A stretch of DNA of 64,000 bases, from positions 105,400,001-105,464,000 of the forward strand of contig OX597820.1 in assembly GCA_951406725.2 (NCBI GenBank), read 5' to 3'. This document shows, one piece after another, positions 52,238 through 64,000 of this stretch; position 1 is the first letter of the stretch; each line of letters opens with the position of its first letter. The position numbers were made by a program, and so were the translations under genes. The stretch comes from Octopus vulgaris (lineage: Eukaryota). The notes beneath the pieces were generated by a model. The model worked only from the letters and a program-made list of their open reading frames with translations, was not told where the DNA came from and made no database searches.

Positions 52238-53640
52238 GTAAGGTTGTCATATGCAGTTATGCAAGTATACATGTTCAGATAAGTACACATACACTTACGT
52301 ATGATAATGACACGTGTCATTATCATCATCATCATTTTTACATGACCTAGTGGTTAGGATGTTGCACTCTTGAATACGAGATCATAGTTTCAATTCCTAG
52401 ACCAGGTGGTGTGTTGTGGTTCTTGAGCAAAATACTTATCTCCAGTTGCTTTGCAATCACTTCGACACCTGATGCATGCAATATATTGTACACCTGTTCA
52501 GGCAACATCAATTTGATGGAGTGAGTGAACTAATGTACAACTCAAACATTTGATCACTGGAATGAAATCATTTGTGCAGGTCATTCATCAAAGGCTGAAC
52601 ACTCATACATCGTCTTCAATGGGAGAATCCATTATTTTTACATCCTCTTTTTGTGCTGACAGGGTTTGGATGTTTTGACAAGATCCAGTGGGTTGGGGGC
52701 CATGTCTTGCACCAGTGTTTCAGTTTTTATATGGTTTCTATGGCTGGATACCTTTCCTAACAACAACCTTCACAGAGTGTACTGTGCTTTTTCCATGGCA
52801 CCAACAATAATAAGGTTGCCTTGTAACTCTCAAGATTAAAGATTCTTCTTGACTTAGAGGGAGGACAGGAGATAAGGTGGTTAGTTTATGTGAGGTGTTG
52901 AGAGGTTAAAGTACAATTGAAGGAACAGGTTTATTATTGTGCAGGAGATTCACATCTCCCTCTCATTTTACATGGTTGAATAGGTGTAGCTGAAGTGTCT
53001 GAAAAAGATGTAAATATGGTGGTGGTGAGGTGCCTGAACATACCCTGAAAGTAACATGTCTTAGGAAGAGAAAAGAGCTGGAGATAAAAGAATCAGGGAA
53101 TGTGGGTAGGGTTGCAGGTGGTTGGATACATTTATAGGATGACTAGCGAATTTTGCGCAGAGGTGAGGATGGTAACTATGAGTGAATACAATAAGGATGA
53201 GGCATTGAATCAGACTGGGAACAGTATATAGGGGAGGAGTAGTGACTGGCAGTACAGAGACGGTGATATGGTTTGATATTTAGTAACAGGTTCTATTTTA
53301 ATTTTTTTTACAACAAATAAAGTCGATAGGAGAGGGATGAGAGGTGGTGTTAGAAGTCGTGAGTGAAGGGTGATTGGTAGTAATAATGAGGGATGGATGT
53401 CAAGAGGAAGTGATTATGTTACTTGTATTTAAGAATTTTTATTTATAAAATTGATTTTCTTTTAAAAAGAAAGTATATATTCTTCATTTTCTTTTGTTCA
53501 TTTAATTTGTTTTAATTTTAAAAAATAAATTTCCTCTTTTAGATGTTATTAGAAAACGTCACAAGAAGTACCTTTTTGCAAACTTTTAGTGACCTAGGTA
53601 CAAAATTGTGGTCTACAACTTAAAACATATATCCAGACAG

Positions 53641-53671
<31 letters not shown>

Positions 53672-54280
53672 GATATCCACTTTTCCATGCTTGCATAGTT
53701 CAGACAGTTTGTTGAAGCAGATTTTCTATTGCCAGATACCCTTCCTGTCATTAACCTTCAGCTTTTAACCCTTCGTATCGTTAACCCTCCAAGCAAGATA
53801 TTATTTCTCCATGGCTGGACATGTTTTCACTGAAAATTAGACATGAAGGATACCACTTATATGATGATTTTACTTGTTTAGAAGTATTGCAAACCAAGGA
53901 GACCCAGACACACATATATCATCATCATCATCATTTGTTTTCCATGCTGGCATGGGTTGAATAGCTTGACAGGAATTGGTAAGGCCAGGGGCTGCGCCAG
54001 TTTCCATCATCTGTTTTGGTTTAGTTTCTATGACTGGATTCCTTTCCTAATGCCAACCACTCCTCAAAGTTTACTGGGTGCTTTTTATGTGGCATTATCA
54101 CCGGTGCTTTTTAAGTGGCTGCAAAGCAGTGCCTTTTTATATGGCATATATAGGATGAAAAAAGCACCCAGTATGCACAGTGAAGTAGTTAGCATTAGGA
54201 AGGTTACCCAGCTTAGAAATCATGCCAAAGCAGACATTGGAGCATGATGCAGTCCTTGGACCCATCAGTTCCTGTCAAAC

Positions 54281-57200
54281 TGTTGTAAAGTGGGTTCCTC
54301 CCACTGGTGTGATGTGTCACTGCCATTGTACTGCAGTTGCTGTTTTACATTAGTAGCCACAATAATTACTAGTTATCAGATATCATATCTCTTCATACCG
54401 GAATAGTAATAGACTAATTTCTTCTGTCTTATTATTGCTGATAGCTCCACAAGACACTGACTAGAAATGTTTTTTATATAATCAATATCTTTTCTTCTTA
54501 GGGTCTACTTTTAGGAATTCATTGCTCTTCCTTTTCCTTGTGGTTTTGACTTCTTGTAATGGTGTTGGTACCTGTAAAGTGTCATTTAACCAATCCATCA
54601 GTATTTCTACTCTTGTTGGTTCCTTTTCTATGACTCTTTCCTTAAGCTGATTTCTATGTCTCTTTTCCATTCCATTTCTGCTTCTTACACCATACATCAT
54701 TCTTCCTATGTATGTTACAGTTTCTCCTTCTTTCCAGTATTGCTTACCATTTTTGTACATTCTTATATATACCTTATCGCTAATTTTAAGGAATTTTGGC
54801 ATGTCTTTACTCGCATGTATTTTTTCTTCACTGGTAATAATTTATTGAATATTGACTTCACTTTTTTGGCAAACATTAATTCCGCTGGTGAACTTCCTTG
54901 GAGATACCCTGTATACCCTTAAGAATTGTTGGATTGCGACCTCGTCCATGGCTTCCTTGCAACATTGTCCATTAGCTTTCTTTAAAATTCTCTTAAAAGT
55001 GTCCATGAACTGTTTGGCCCTTCCTTTTGATTTAGGCTGATACGGTGCTTTAGTTTTATGTTCTAATGTGAACATCATGCAGAATCTTTTAAACTCACTG
55101 GATACAAACTGTGTTCTGTTATCAGAGACAATTGTATCTGGTACACCAAATCTTGTGAACAGCTTGTGTAAAAAGTTTATTACCGTGTATGAGGTCGGTC
55201 ATTTACACATAATGACATCAGGCCAATTTGTGTAGCTAGCCACTACTATTAAGTAATAATATCCATTTACTGGACCTGCAAAATCGGAACCATGGTGTTT
55301 TCACTTCCAGCCAAGGTTCACATTTAGTAGTAGGTGGTTTTGCTGCCAGTGCACATCCTCTGCAGCCTTTTACCAGGTTTTTAACTTCCTTGTCCATGCT
55401 TGGCCAGTATACGAAACTTCACATTAGCGCTTTCATTCTAGAGAAGCCTAGGTGTCCCACATGGAACTCTTTTAGCATTTCCTTCTTTAATGTCTGTGCT
55501 ATGATCACCCTCTGAGTGTACATGAGTACACCATCACATATAGAGTAGACTTTTATTTCCTCTTGTTGACCAGTTTTCTTTTTGTCTCATTAATAAATTT
55601 GCCACTTCTCATATCTTTTTATTTCTTCCAAAGTTACTGGTAGTTCACACATGATGTTCCACATGACTTCTTTTTGTTTCAGTTCATTTGACTGCTCCAT
55701 TTACACTATTACACAAAGTGCTTTTGGGTTTATCCCATAAATTAAATTTCTCCATACATTCAGTGCCAAATAAATTCATGGATTTTTTCAACACATAAAC
55801 TTTCACTCTTTTGGTTTGACCTTTGAACGTTATATTACAAATGTGTTCGCCCATGGAATATAATTTCCTTCCCATAACACCATATGCGATTTTGTTTGAA
55901 TTACATAATTTTGGTTTACCCATTTGTTCCCATGTTTTCTCATTTATGGTTCTGATATAATTTCCTGTGTCTAACTGCATTCTTACACTACTGGTTTCAA
56001 TTCTCACATTCATGAATTTTCTGTTTGTTATAGTCACAACTTTTCCTGCTGACAAACTATTTGCGTTTCCTTGTTTGTTCCATTTTCCTATCAGTCTAGT
56101 TTTGCAGTGTAATTTTTATATATCCTGTAAACACGCAGCAAAAACACTTTGCTTTTTTATACGGACAATCTTTTTTTAGGTACATCCCACCACATGCCAT
56201 ACATGGGTCTACATCCCAATATATTTTCTGTTTTTCCTACGACACTTTGTCTTCCGACTTTTTTGCACTGGTCTTATGTGGAAACATTCTTTCCATTGAA
56301 TTTCTTCCCCATCATGCCTTAATTTTAATATTCTGCCACACTCTTCTGACAGTTTCTGCAATGTCAAATCCTGGTTCATTTTCAGTTTTGATAGAATTTT
56401 CGTTCAGATTTCTGCATCACTTTTATCTGTAAATCCTTGTGCAAAAATCAAACACTTGAAAGAATCTGGAGTAAGCATATCCAGTCTAAATCTTTCACAT
56501 TCTTTGTTGACTTTGCCTGTATAAGTAGTGAAGTCTTTATCTTCACTCTTTTCTATGTTTAAACATTTCCATCTAGTATTAACCAGTGAGCTCTTTTCAC
56601 TAAACATTTTGCACAAAATGTCAAATGTGTCAGTGAAATTTATGCTGGACACTTTTTGGGGCAATATGAAGTTACTATACTTCTCATGCTCTGCTGTCTC
56701 TAGTTTTCTTAAAACTAATGCGTTTTCATATCATCCATCCAATCCTGGCATTCCTTTTCAAAAATTTGTTGAAATCTTCGAAAGTAAGTCTCGAAGGTTA
56801 CTCTTTGTTGGGGGTCATCTTTGAATTCACTTATGGAATTTGCTACATGGTCAGGTGAAAATGTATTCTCTGGTTTGGTTATCAACCTCATTAAGTGTAA
56901 CATTTGCTGCTGCAATCCTTGTTGTTGTTTTTGTTTTTCCTTGCGTTGTTGCTGTTTTTGCAACTCAACTAGCCCAGCTAACAAATCTTTCATATTTAAT
57001 GATTTTCGTCAGTTTGCACAAGAAGATTTTTGTTTCTTTTTTTGTCGAGTTATTTAATTTTCCACATGAATTAGTTTAATTTCTCTGAGTGTTTTTTTTT
57101 TCACTTAGCGTAAATTTGTTTTTCCTTGTTGCCACTGTTGTAAAATGGGTTCCTCCCATTGGTGTGATGTATGACTGCAGTTGTACTGTAGTTACTGTTT

Positions 57201-57441
57201 TATGCTAGTAGCCACAATAGTTACTCCTCTTCAGATACCATTGTACCTCTTCATACTGGAATAGTAATACATTAACTTCTGTCTTACTACCGCTGATAGC
57301 TCCACAAGACACCAACTAGAACTGTTGACTCTCAACTCTTCAACTCTCAACCCTCTCTTTGCAACCAGCTACTGGTCTATTTATTATGGCTTCCTCATAC
57401 CACTTTTTACCGGGAGGGGTATACAGTTTCGCTATACAACA
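54281..57441 (-). mobile_element. Internally deleted Ty3/gypsy (Mag-like) LTR retrotransposon in tektin intron 5
   Basis: 5' LTR 57136-57441 (TG..CA), truncated 3' LTR 54281-~54471, 5-bp TSD caaac on both sides, PBS-like TGGCAACAAGG. Gag, protease (MQLDTG) and integrase (H..H..C..C; APYQPKSKGRAKQF) fragments; no RT or RNase H. Confidence 0.9.
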
Positions 57442-57878
57442 CAAACCATCCAATCCATACCAGCTTGGAACATGGGCATTAAATTACGTTGATACATACA
57501 CACAAACATGACACATACACATATGATGGACTTCTTGTAGTTTCTATCTACCAAATCCACTCACAAGGCTTTGGTCAACATGGTGTTATAGCAAAGACAC
57601 TTGCCCAAAGTACAACACTGTGGGACTAAACCTGAAACAACATGGTTTAGAAGTGAATTTCTTAACCATACAGTCATGCCTGTGTCTTGAAATGGAGAGG
57701 TAAAAGATCAATACATACTTCCTCTCCTGCAACATTAAACTTTCTTTATATCTGTGTGTGTGTGTGTGTGTATGTTTATTTAATACTACAGGTATTCATT
57801 TATAATTTGCCAATTATTTACTCTATTTCTACAATTTAACATTGATATTTATGTTTGTATGTTCTTGTTTGTTGCCAG

Positions 57879-58125
57879 GTTGGTTGGAGAAGTGGGTGAG
57901 ATAACAGAGACAGTGGAATGTCTTATCAAAAAATTACACCATGCTGAAAATGCTGTGCAAGATCTACATGTACTGAAGTCAAATCTAGAAGCGGACATTA
58001 ACAATAAGTCTCACTCTTTGTTTATCGACCGAGAAAAGTGTTTGTCTTTGCGTAAGACATTTCCCTTGGCACCAATTTGCAGCATCTACACAATTACCAA
58101 ACCAAATATTCCTATACATTGTTAG
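57879..58125 (+). CDS. TEKT3: Tektin-3/5-like, last coding exon (247 nt including TAG)
   Basis: gccag|G; LVGEVGEITETVECLIKKLHHAENAVQDL..LEADINNKSHSLFIDREKCLSLRKTFP.., the tektin C-terminal K.NSL.ID..KC...R motif. Total CDS 1548 nt = 515 aa plus stop. Confidence 0.93.
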
Positions 58126-59057
58126 AATCTCAGACAGGTCATATTTATCAATGTTATATATTCTCCCTTTACACCCAGTCTAATATGTACATATGTATAT
58201 GTGTGTGTGTGTATGTGTGTGTGCGCATATGATGTACGTGTGTGTATATACAGTATATATACACAGTATACAACAGACACACATGCTTTTCCTTTAGAGT
58301 GAATGTAAAGAGAGAACAATTACTGCTATTTTAAAGTTTGGTTGCCAAGTACTTGTTAGTATGAAGGATCTTTTGCCTTTAGTAGTTGGTGATGGTCATG
58401 GTAAGGATATTAGTTGGTTACTTTTTCAGTTTCATTGAGACTACTACTACAGTTGCTGCCAATGTTGTTTTTGTACTATCATATCTTGCAGCACATGGGT
58501 TAATATCTTATTATTGATAGATATCATTTTAGGAAATGATTATTTCTTGTGTCTACACTCAGGAACAACCCCTTGTTTTTGATAGGTCATTTAAAAGGAT
58601 GCCTAAGAATATATTTTTTGATTGGACAGAGCAGGCATCTTTTGGTTCACTGATGTAGAAGTCTCCAGTTTTAGCAGTGGATTCAGATATTTCATTATTT
58701 ATTGTTAATTCTTTTCTTCACACTCTAAATGTGCTGGGTTAGTGAGATGGAATTTCATTTGTTTCTGAATCTGTAGGAATGAATGTGTTGAGTACTCTTG
58801 AACTTATTCTCTGCAATTAAGAAAAGCATTTGACATACACACCAGAATGTGAGTTTTCTGTAAATTTTGCTTAATTGGAGTTTAAATTTTAAAAACTGGA
58901 TCTGGCATAACCCGATGCATTCTACTCTTAAAAATGCTAGGTAAATTGTAATTGAAGAAATCCTATATTGTAGATTTCTATAACTGACAAAGGGAGGCAG
59001 ATAAAATCTGCCTTTTATAAGAGATATTTATATACACATTTATATATACATATTTCT

Positions 59058-59250
59058 ATAATATGTGACAATTGTTCGGTGGCCAAGACGGAACTATGAG
59101 TTTCGGATGCCGAGGTGGAGGTCCACAACACCATCTCTTAGGTTATCTGGCCATCTGAAAGAAAATCGAAGAGATGGTGTTGTGGATTTCCACCTCGGCA
59201 TCCGAAACTCAGCATTTTATCTTGGCTACCGAATAATTGTCACATATTAT
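59058..59250. repeat. About 190 bp imperfect palindrome with HHR-like remnants in both arms
   Basis: ataatatgtgacaattgttcggtggccaaga..gagtttcggatgccgaggtgga..cacaacaccatctctt, followed by its reverse complement. Confidence 0.85.
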
Positions 59251-62019
59251 TTTACAGATAAATATTTTCTATTTACATAATATTGTGGTCTCTTTCTTTC
59301 TTTTGTTATCTTACCATTTTTACCAATATATATATATAAATAGAATTCATGAGATTCTTTATTCAAATCCACTGCAATTGTTTTGACTCACAGGTTAGAT
59401 TGTATCTCCTCAGGCAATTTTTTAAACAAGTTTTTTGCTCTTTCTCCTGACCATTTTACTTAGCTCTATAACAATATATATCTAGGCAGCTGCTGCATTC
59501 TAGCAGTTTCTGTAAGAGACTCTACCTGAGTGTAATTTAGCTTTAAATATGCAAACATGGAATTTTTCCTGTTATGAATAGGTTTTTAGTTTGCTAACAA
59601 CATATATATTGATGTAGTCAATCTTTCAATAATTTGTATCTATTTAGGAGATTTTTGGAGGTTATTTGTTTAATATCCCATATCTAGCTGGATCTGAGAC
59701 TACCAAAACTGTCTTGGCTACAACAATTATTGCAGTAATCCTTATCAAACTGCCACACTGACCAACAACTTCATAACCAGTCCCTAATTACTAAAGTTGA
59801 TAGAATGTTCCTTGCTGATAAGAAGCATTTGGGAAGAGAATCAGCTGTAATTTCAGCATATAGTTACAGCCAACCAACTGCTGACTAACAGCAAGAAGGC
59901 AAGAAATTAGATGAAATTATGTGGTGGTTAGAAACTAGAATATCCCAACAGTTGTCTTGGAATTGAGGTTGTAGCAAAAAACTCAGAGTATACAGTATTA
60001 GTTTAGAATGAATGAACGCACAAACACACACACATTCATTCATATGTACATAGATATTTTGTGATAGGTGAGGAGGAACAATAAGCTTGATATAATGTTT
60101 TACTGTGGCATATTTCCCTATAACCATATGCCACAATCTGAACAGATTCACTATTGATATGTGATAGCATTCTATTTCCCTACATGTATGTATGAACACA
60201 CACACACGTGTGTTTATGTATGCATATATGTATACATGTAAATAAAACTTTCAATTATTCATGTGTATATAAATATCTATATCTACCTATATACATGTTT
60301 ATATCTATATATACACATACATATATTTATGTATATATGTTAAAATATAAACTATAAGGGGAAGAGACAAAATTTTTACATGGATTCACTCATACACACT
60401 TAAACTTATGTATCCACACTTCAGTATATACACACACACTCAGAATAATTTTACATTTGAATTTACATTCTTATATTTTACCATTTTTCAAACAAGAAAG
60501 TTAGTTTAACATTATTTGCTGGGGTTGTGGCAACTTGACTGAAATGATACTACCAGACTAAATATTTTTACTGTATTTTGTTGCATCAAAGTTCAAATCT
60601 CCTGAGACTGACTTTACTTTTCATCCTTCTGAGGATGTAGAGCATATTATTTAAAACTATTTAACTAATTGTTTTCTCAAACAATTGGCTTCATAGAGTT
60701 AAATAAAACAGTAATATAATTTGATATATGGGCATATAACGTTGTGATCTTGAAGGAAAATGTTTTATTTTGTTTGTTTGTTTTTAAAGAGTTTTAAGTT
60801 AAAATAAACAATAAGTTTTTAAAATTTATAAATAAATAAAAGCATTGTTATTCTTTGTGATGTGGTCAAAATTTTAGTCAGTTGATTGTAAATCTATATC
60901 AGACAATTACTTTTTGATTCAAAAAGCTTCATATTTAGGAAGTGATGTTCAACCTCACAATGTTGCAAATATAAGAAATGTTTTTTTTATAAGATCATAA
61001 ATGTCAGAACAGGGACAAAATGCTCCTTTAGTATTTTCAGCAACATCACTTCCATTATAAACATTCAGACTTGGTCTCATTATCCATTCCTCCTTAACTC
61101 GTTAACCCATTAGCATTTAAACTGGCAAAATATTCTACTTGTTTCATGTTTAAAAAGACTAGCTCTGGCCTCTCACACCTACTGTACAATGTTATTCTGA
61201 AAAAAAAAAATCACATTATTGAAGTCTTGAAGCTCTATCACAACTATACTACAATGTCATTCTAAAAACAAACAAACAATTACATCATCAAAGTCTTGAA
61301 GCTATGAGATAATGCATAATTAATTCAAAACAATGTGAATAAGCAATACATTTGACAGTCAAATGTTAAAAAGGGTTCAAATCTCATAAGGCTTAACTTT
61401 ACATTACATTCTTCTATGGTCAATTGAAAATAAATCAGAAATATACAGCATTGGATGCTGTTATACATATATCTTTTAACAGTCGGTCATATGTTCAAGT
61501 AAGAGAGCAATATTTTAATTTGCACAAGTGGTAAACAAAGATAATTGCTTAGCATTTAGTTTATCAGCAGTAAAATACTATAGTTCAATTATTTCACTAT
61601 TGTATGTGTGAATGTGTATATGTATGTACAATAATCCCTTGCCATATCATAGATTCTTTAATATATCGAAGGTTTCTGCAGCCAATAGGTATTTATACTT
61701 TTTTAGATTTTAATTATTTCTGTGGGAGGTTTTGGAATGTAACACCCACAATAGTCAAGGGATTACTGTATATGTGTATGTATATTTATATGGGTATATA
61801 TTTATTTACATATATAATGTATATACATATATATGTACATGTGTGTGTGTGTGTGTATATACTGAATTCATTTTTTAAAAGTTTTTCCCCAAATTATATT
61901 TAATACTTGTTTTTTTTACTTAGGTCTAAGTGTATTTTTAATATAATAAAACTACACTACAAACGTAATAAATGTATACTATAATTTATTAAAATAATAT
62001 ATTCATTTTACGAATCTTT

Positions 62020-62418
62020 CTCTTTCTCTTTTACTTGTTTCAGTCATTTGACTGCGGCCATGCTGGAGCACCGCCTTTAGTCGAGCAAATCGACCCCAGG
62101 ACTTATTCTTTGTAAGCCCAGTACTTATTCTATCAGTCTCTTTTGCCGAACCGCTAAGTGACGGGGACGTAAACACACCAGCATCGGTTGTCAAGCAATG
62201 CTAGGGGGACAAACAGACACACAAACACACACACTCATATATATATACATATATACGACAGGCTTCTTTCAGTTTCCGTCTACCAAATCCACTCACAAGG
62301 CATTGGTCGGCCCGGGGCTATAGCAGAAGACACTTGCCCAAGATGCCACACAGTGGGACTGAACCCGGAACCATGTGGTTGGTTAGCAAGCTACTTACCA
62401 CACAGCCACTCCTGCGCC
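62020..62418 (-). mobile_element. Well-preserved (CpG-retaining) family-B SINE
   Basis: Reverse complement of the 49117-49506 family with many CpGs intact. Confidence 0.9.
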
Positions 62419-62884
62419 TATAAGCTTTATTTTTGACTTTTTCATCGTTAGAATTTTTTTTCATTTTATCAATGGAAGCAGCTCAAGACATTATTGTGAA
62501 CAATCATGAGGGTAAGCACTGGAATAACATGCCCCACTTCTTGCAAGCCTTACCTGACATTCTGGTTTGATGAGTCACCAAGCCAAGGACTTGTAACTGG
62601 CAGACCAGCATCTCCAAATTCTTGGATTAAATAATTACTTGTTGGCAATACTTCTGTGATTTACTCCATTCAGTTGCAGATGTGTTTCCCCACTTCCATT
62701 ATAGCATTTAGAGTATGTGAGTGGAGTGGAAGAATCACTTACTTTAGTGTCTCTTATAAAATATGTGCTTAGTCTTCTAGAGATGAAGAGTCAACTCATC
62801 AGGCCTCTTCTCATCAACCTTCAACAATGTCACAGGCTCCAAAACTGAGAAGATATGTATTTTTTTAAGGTTTGTTTTAAAATT

Positions 62885-64000
62885 AAATATTTAGCCAGAG
62901 GGGAAGCAGATAAGAAAAAATTTGCCAATGTTCTGCACCGTGAGGACCAAAGACTTGAGGTATTTTGTGTTGCAAGACAGTGTGTGAGAGAGAATCGTGA
63001 TGTTGTAGGAGAGAAATGTGTCCGCATGGATGATGGTTCACTTGCACTAAACAAGGCTGCAAAGAGAGAGGTTTGGAGACGCCACTATGAAAGGTTGCTT
63101 AATAAAGAAAATAAATGGGAGAAAGAGAGTCTGCCGAATGTCGACCTAACAGAAGGACCAGCAACTGGTCAGTTCCTTGGTAGATAAGGCAATTAGAAGC
63201 TTGAAGACAGGGAAAGCCCCAGGCCCATCAGAGATACTCAAAATAACTGCAGAGATACTCAAAATATCTGGTAGTGTCGGCTATGTCCTAGTCACCCGTA
63301 TAGTTATCCAGGTGATACACAAAGGAGTCATACCCAATGACTGGTGTAACAGCACCGTAGCTGCTACAAAGGTAAAGGTGACACTTTAGATACAAATAAT
63401 TACAGTGGTATCAAGTTGTTGGATCACGTAATGAAGGTTATGGAGAGGGTCATAGCCCAACTAATTAGGGAGAGATGCAGTTTGGGTTCATTGCCAGGGA
63501 AAAGCACCACTGGTGCTATATTTCTGGTAAGACAGTTGCAGGAGAAATACCCAGCCAAACATAAACTCTGTATCTGGCTTTCATTGACATGGAGAAAGCC
63601 TTTGACAGGGTCTCCCGATCCCTTATCTAGTGCTCAATGAAGAAACTAGGGATAGATGAATGGTTAGTGAGAGCTGTGCAAGCCATGTACAGGGATGCTG
63701 TCAGTAAGGTAAGGGTTGGCAACAAGCACAGTGAAGAATTCTGGGTAGAGGTAGGGGTCCACCAAGGTTCAGTCCTCAGCCTCTTCCTATTTATCATAGT
63801 CCTCCAGGCAATAACAGAGGAATTCAAGACAAGATGTCCCCAGGAGCTCCTCCATGCTGACAACCTTGCTCACTATCAGAACTAGAGAAGTTTCAGGTGT
63901 GGAAACAAGGATTAGAATCGAAGAGCCTTAGAGTCAACCTAGCTAAAACCAAAGTCCTAATAAGTAGGAAGGCAGGCAAACCACAAATCCCTTCAGGTAA
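62885..64000 (+). mobile_element. RTE-like LINE RT region, frameshifted, running off the right edge
   Basis: LKTGKAPGPSE..IPNDW, STTGAIFLVRQLQEKY, GVHQGSVLSLFLF..LLHADNL. Same family as 40030-41375. Confidence 0.9.

Overview
AT-rich, microsatellite-rich animal genomic DNA. The SINE/LINE landscape looks like a coleoid cephalopod, probably Octopus (inferred from repeat types, not proven). One host gene can be rebuilt by hand: a + strand tektin-3/5-family gene with 6 coding exons (38618-39325, 41913-41983, 44407-44550, 47199-47421, 52083-52237, 57879-58125). All introns are GT-AG with consistent phases, giving 1548 nt and 515 aa; the tektin signature is unusually diverged (RPNMESCCD). The rest is mostly transposon debris: RTE, R4/Dong-like, CR1/L2-like and Penelope-like retroelements, gypsy remnants and solo LTRs, a full-length dead mariner, MITEs and several SINE families. 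The most striking non-gene signal is a set of minimal hammerhead-ribozyme (HHR) motifs in several unrelated short repeats. One is a tRNA-headed, SINE-like element carrying an HHR that inserted as a single head-to-head palindrome with a 12-bp target-site duplication (18548-19043). An RTE copy at the left edge has a twin-priming-type 5' inversion.
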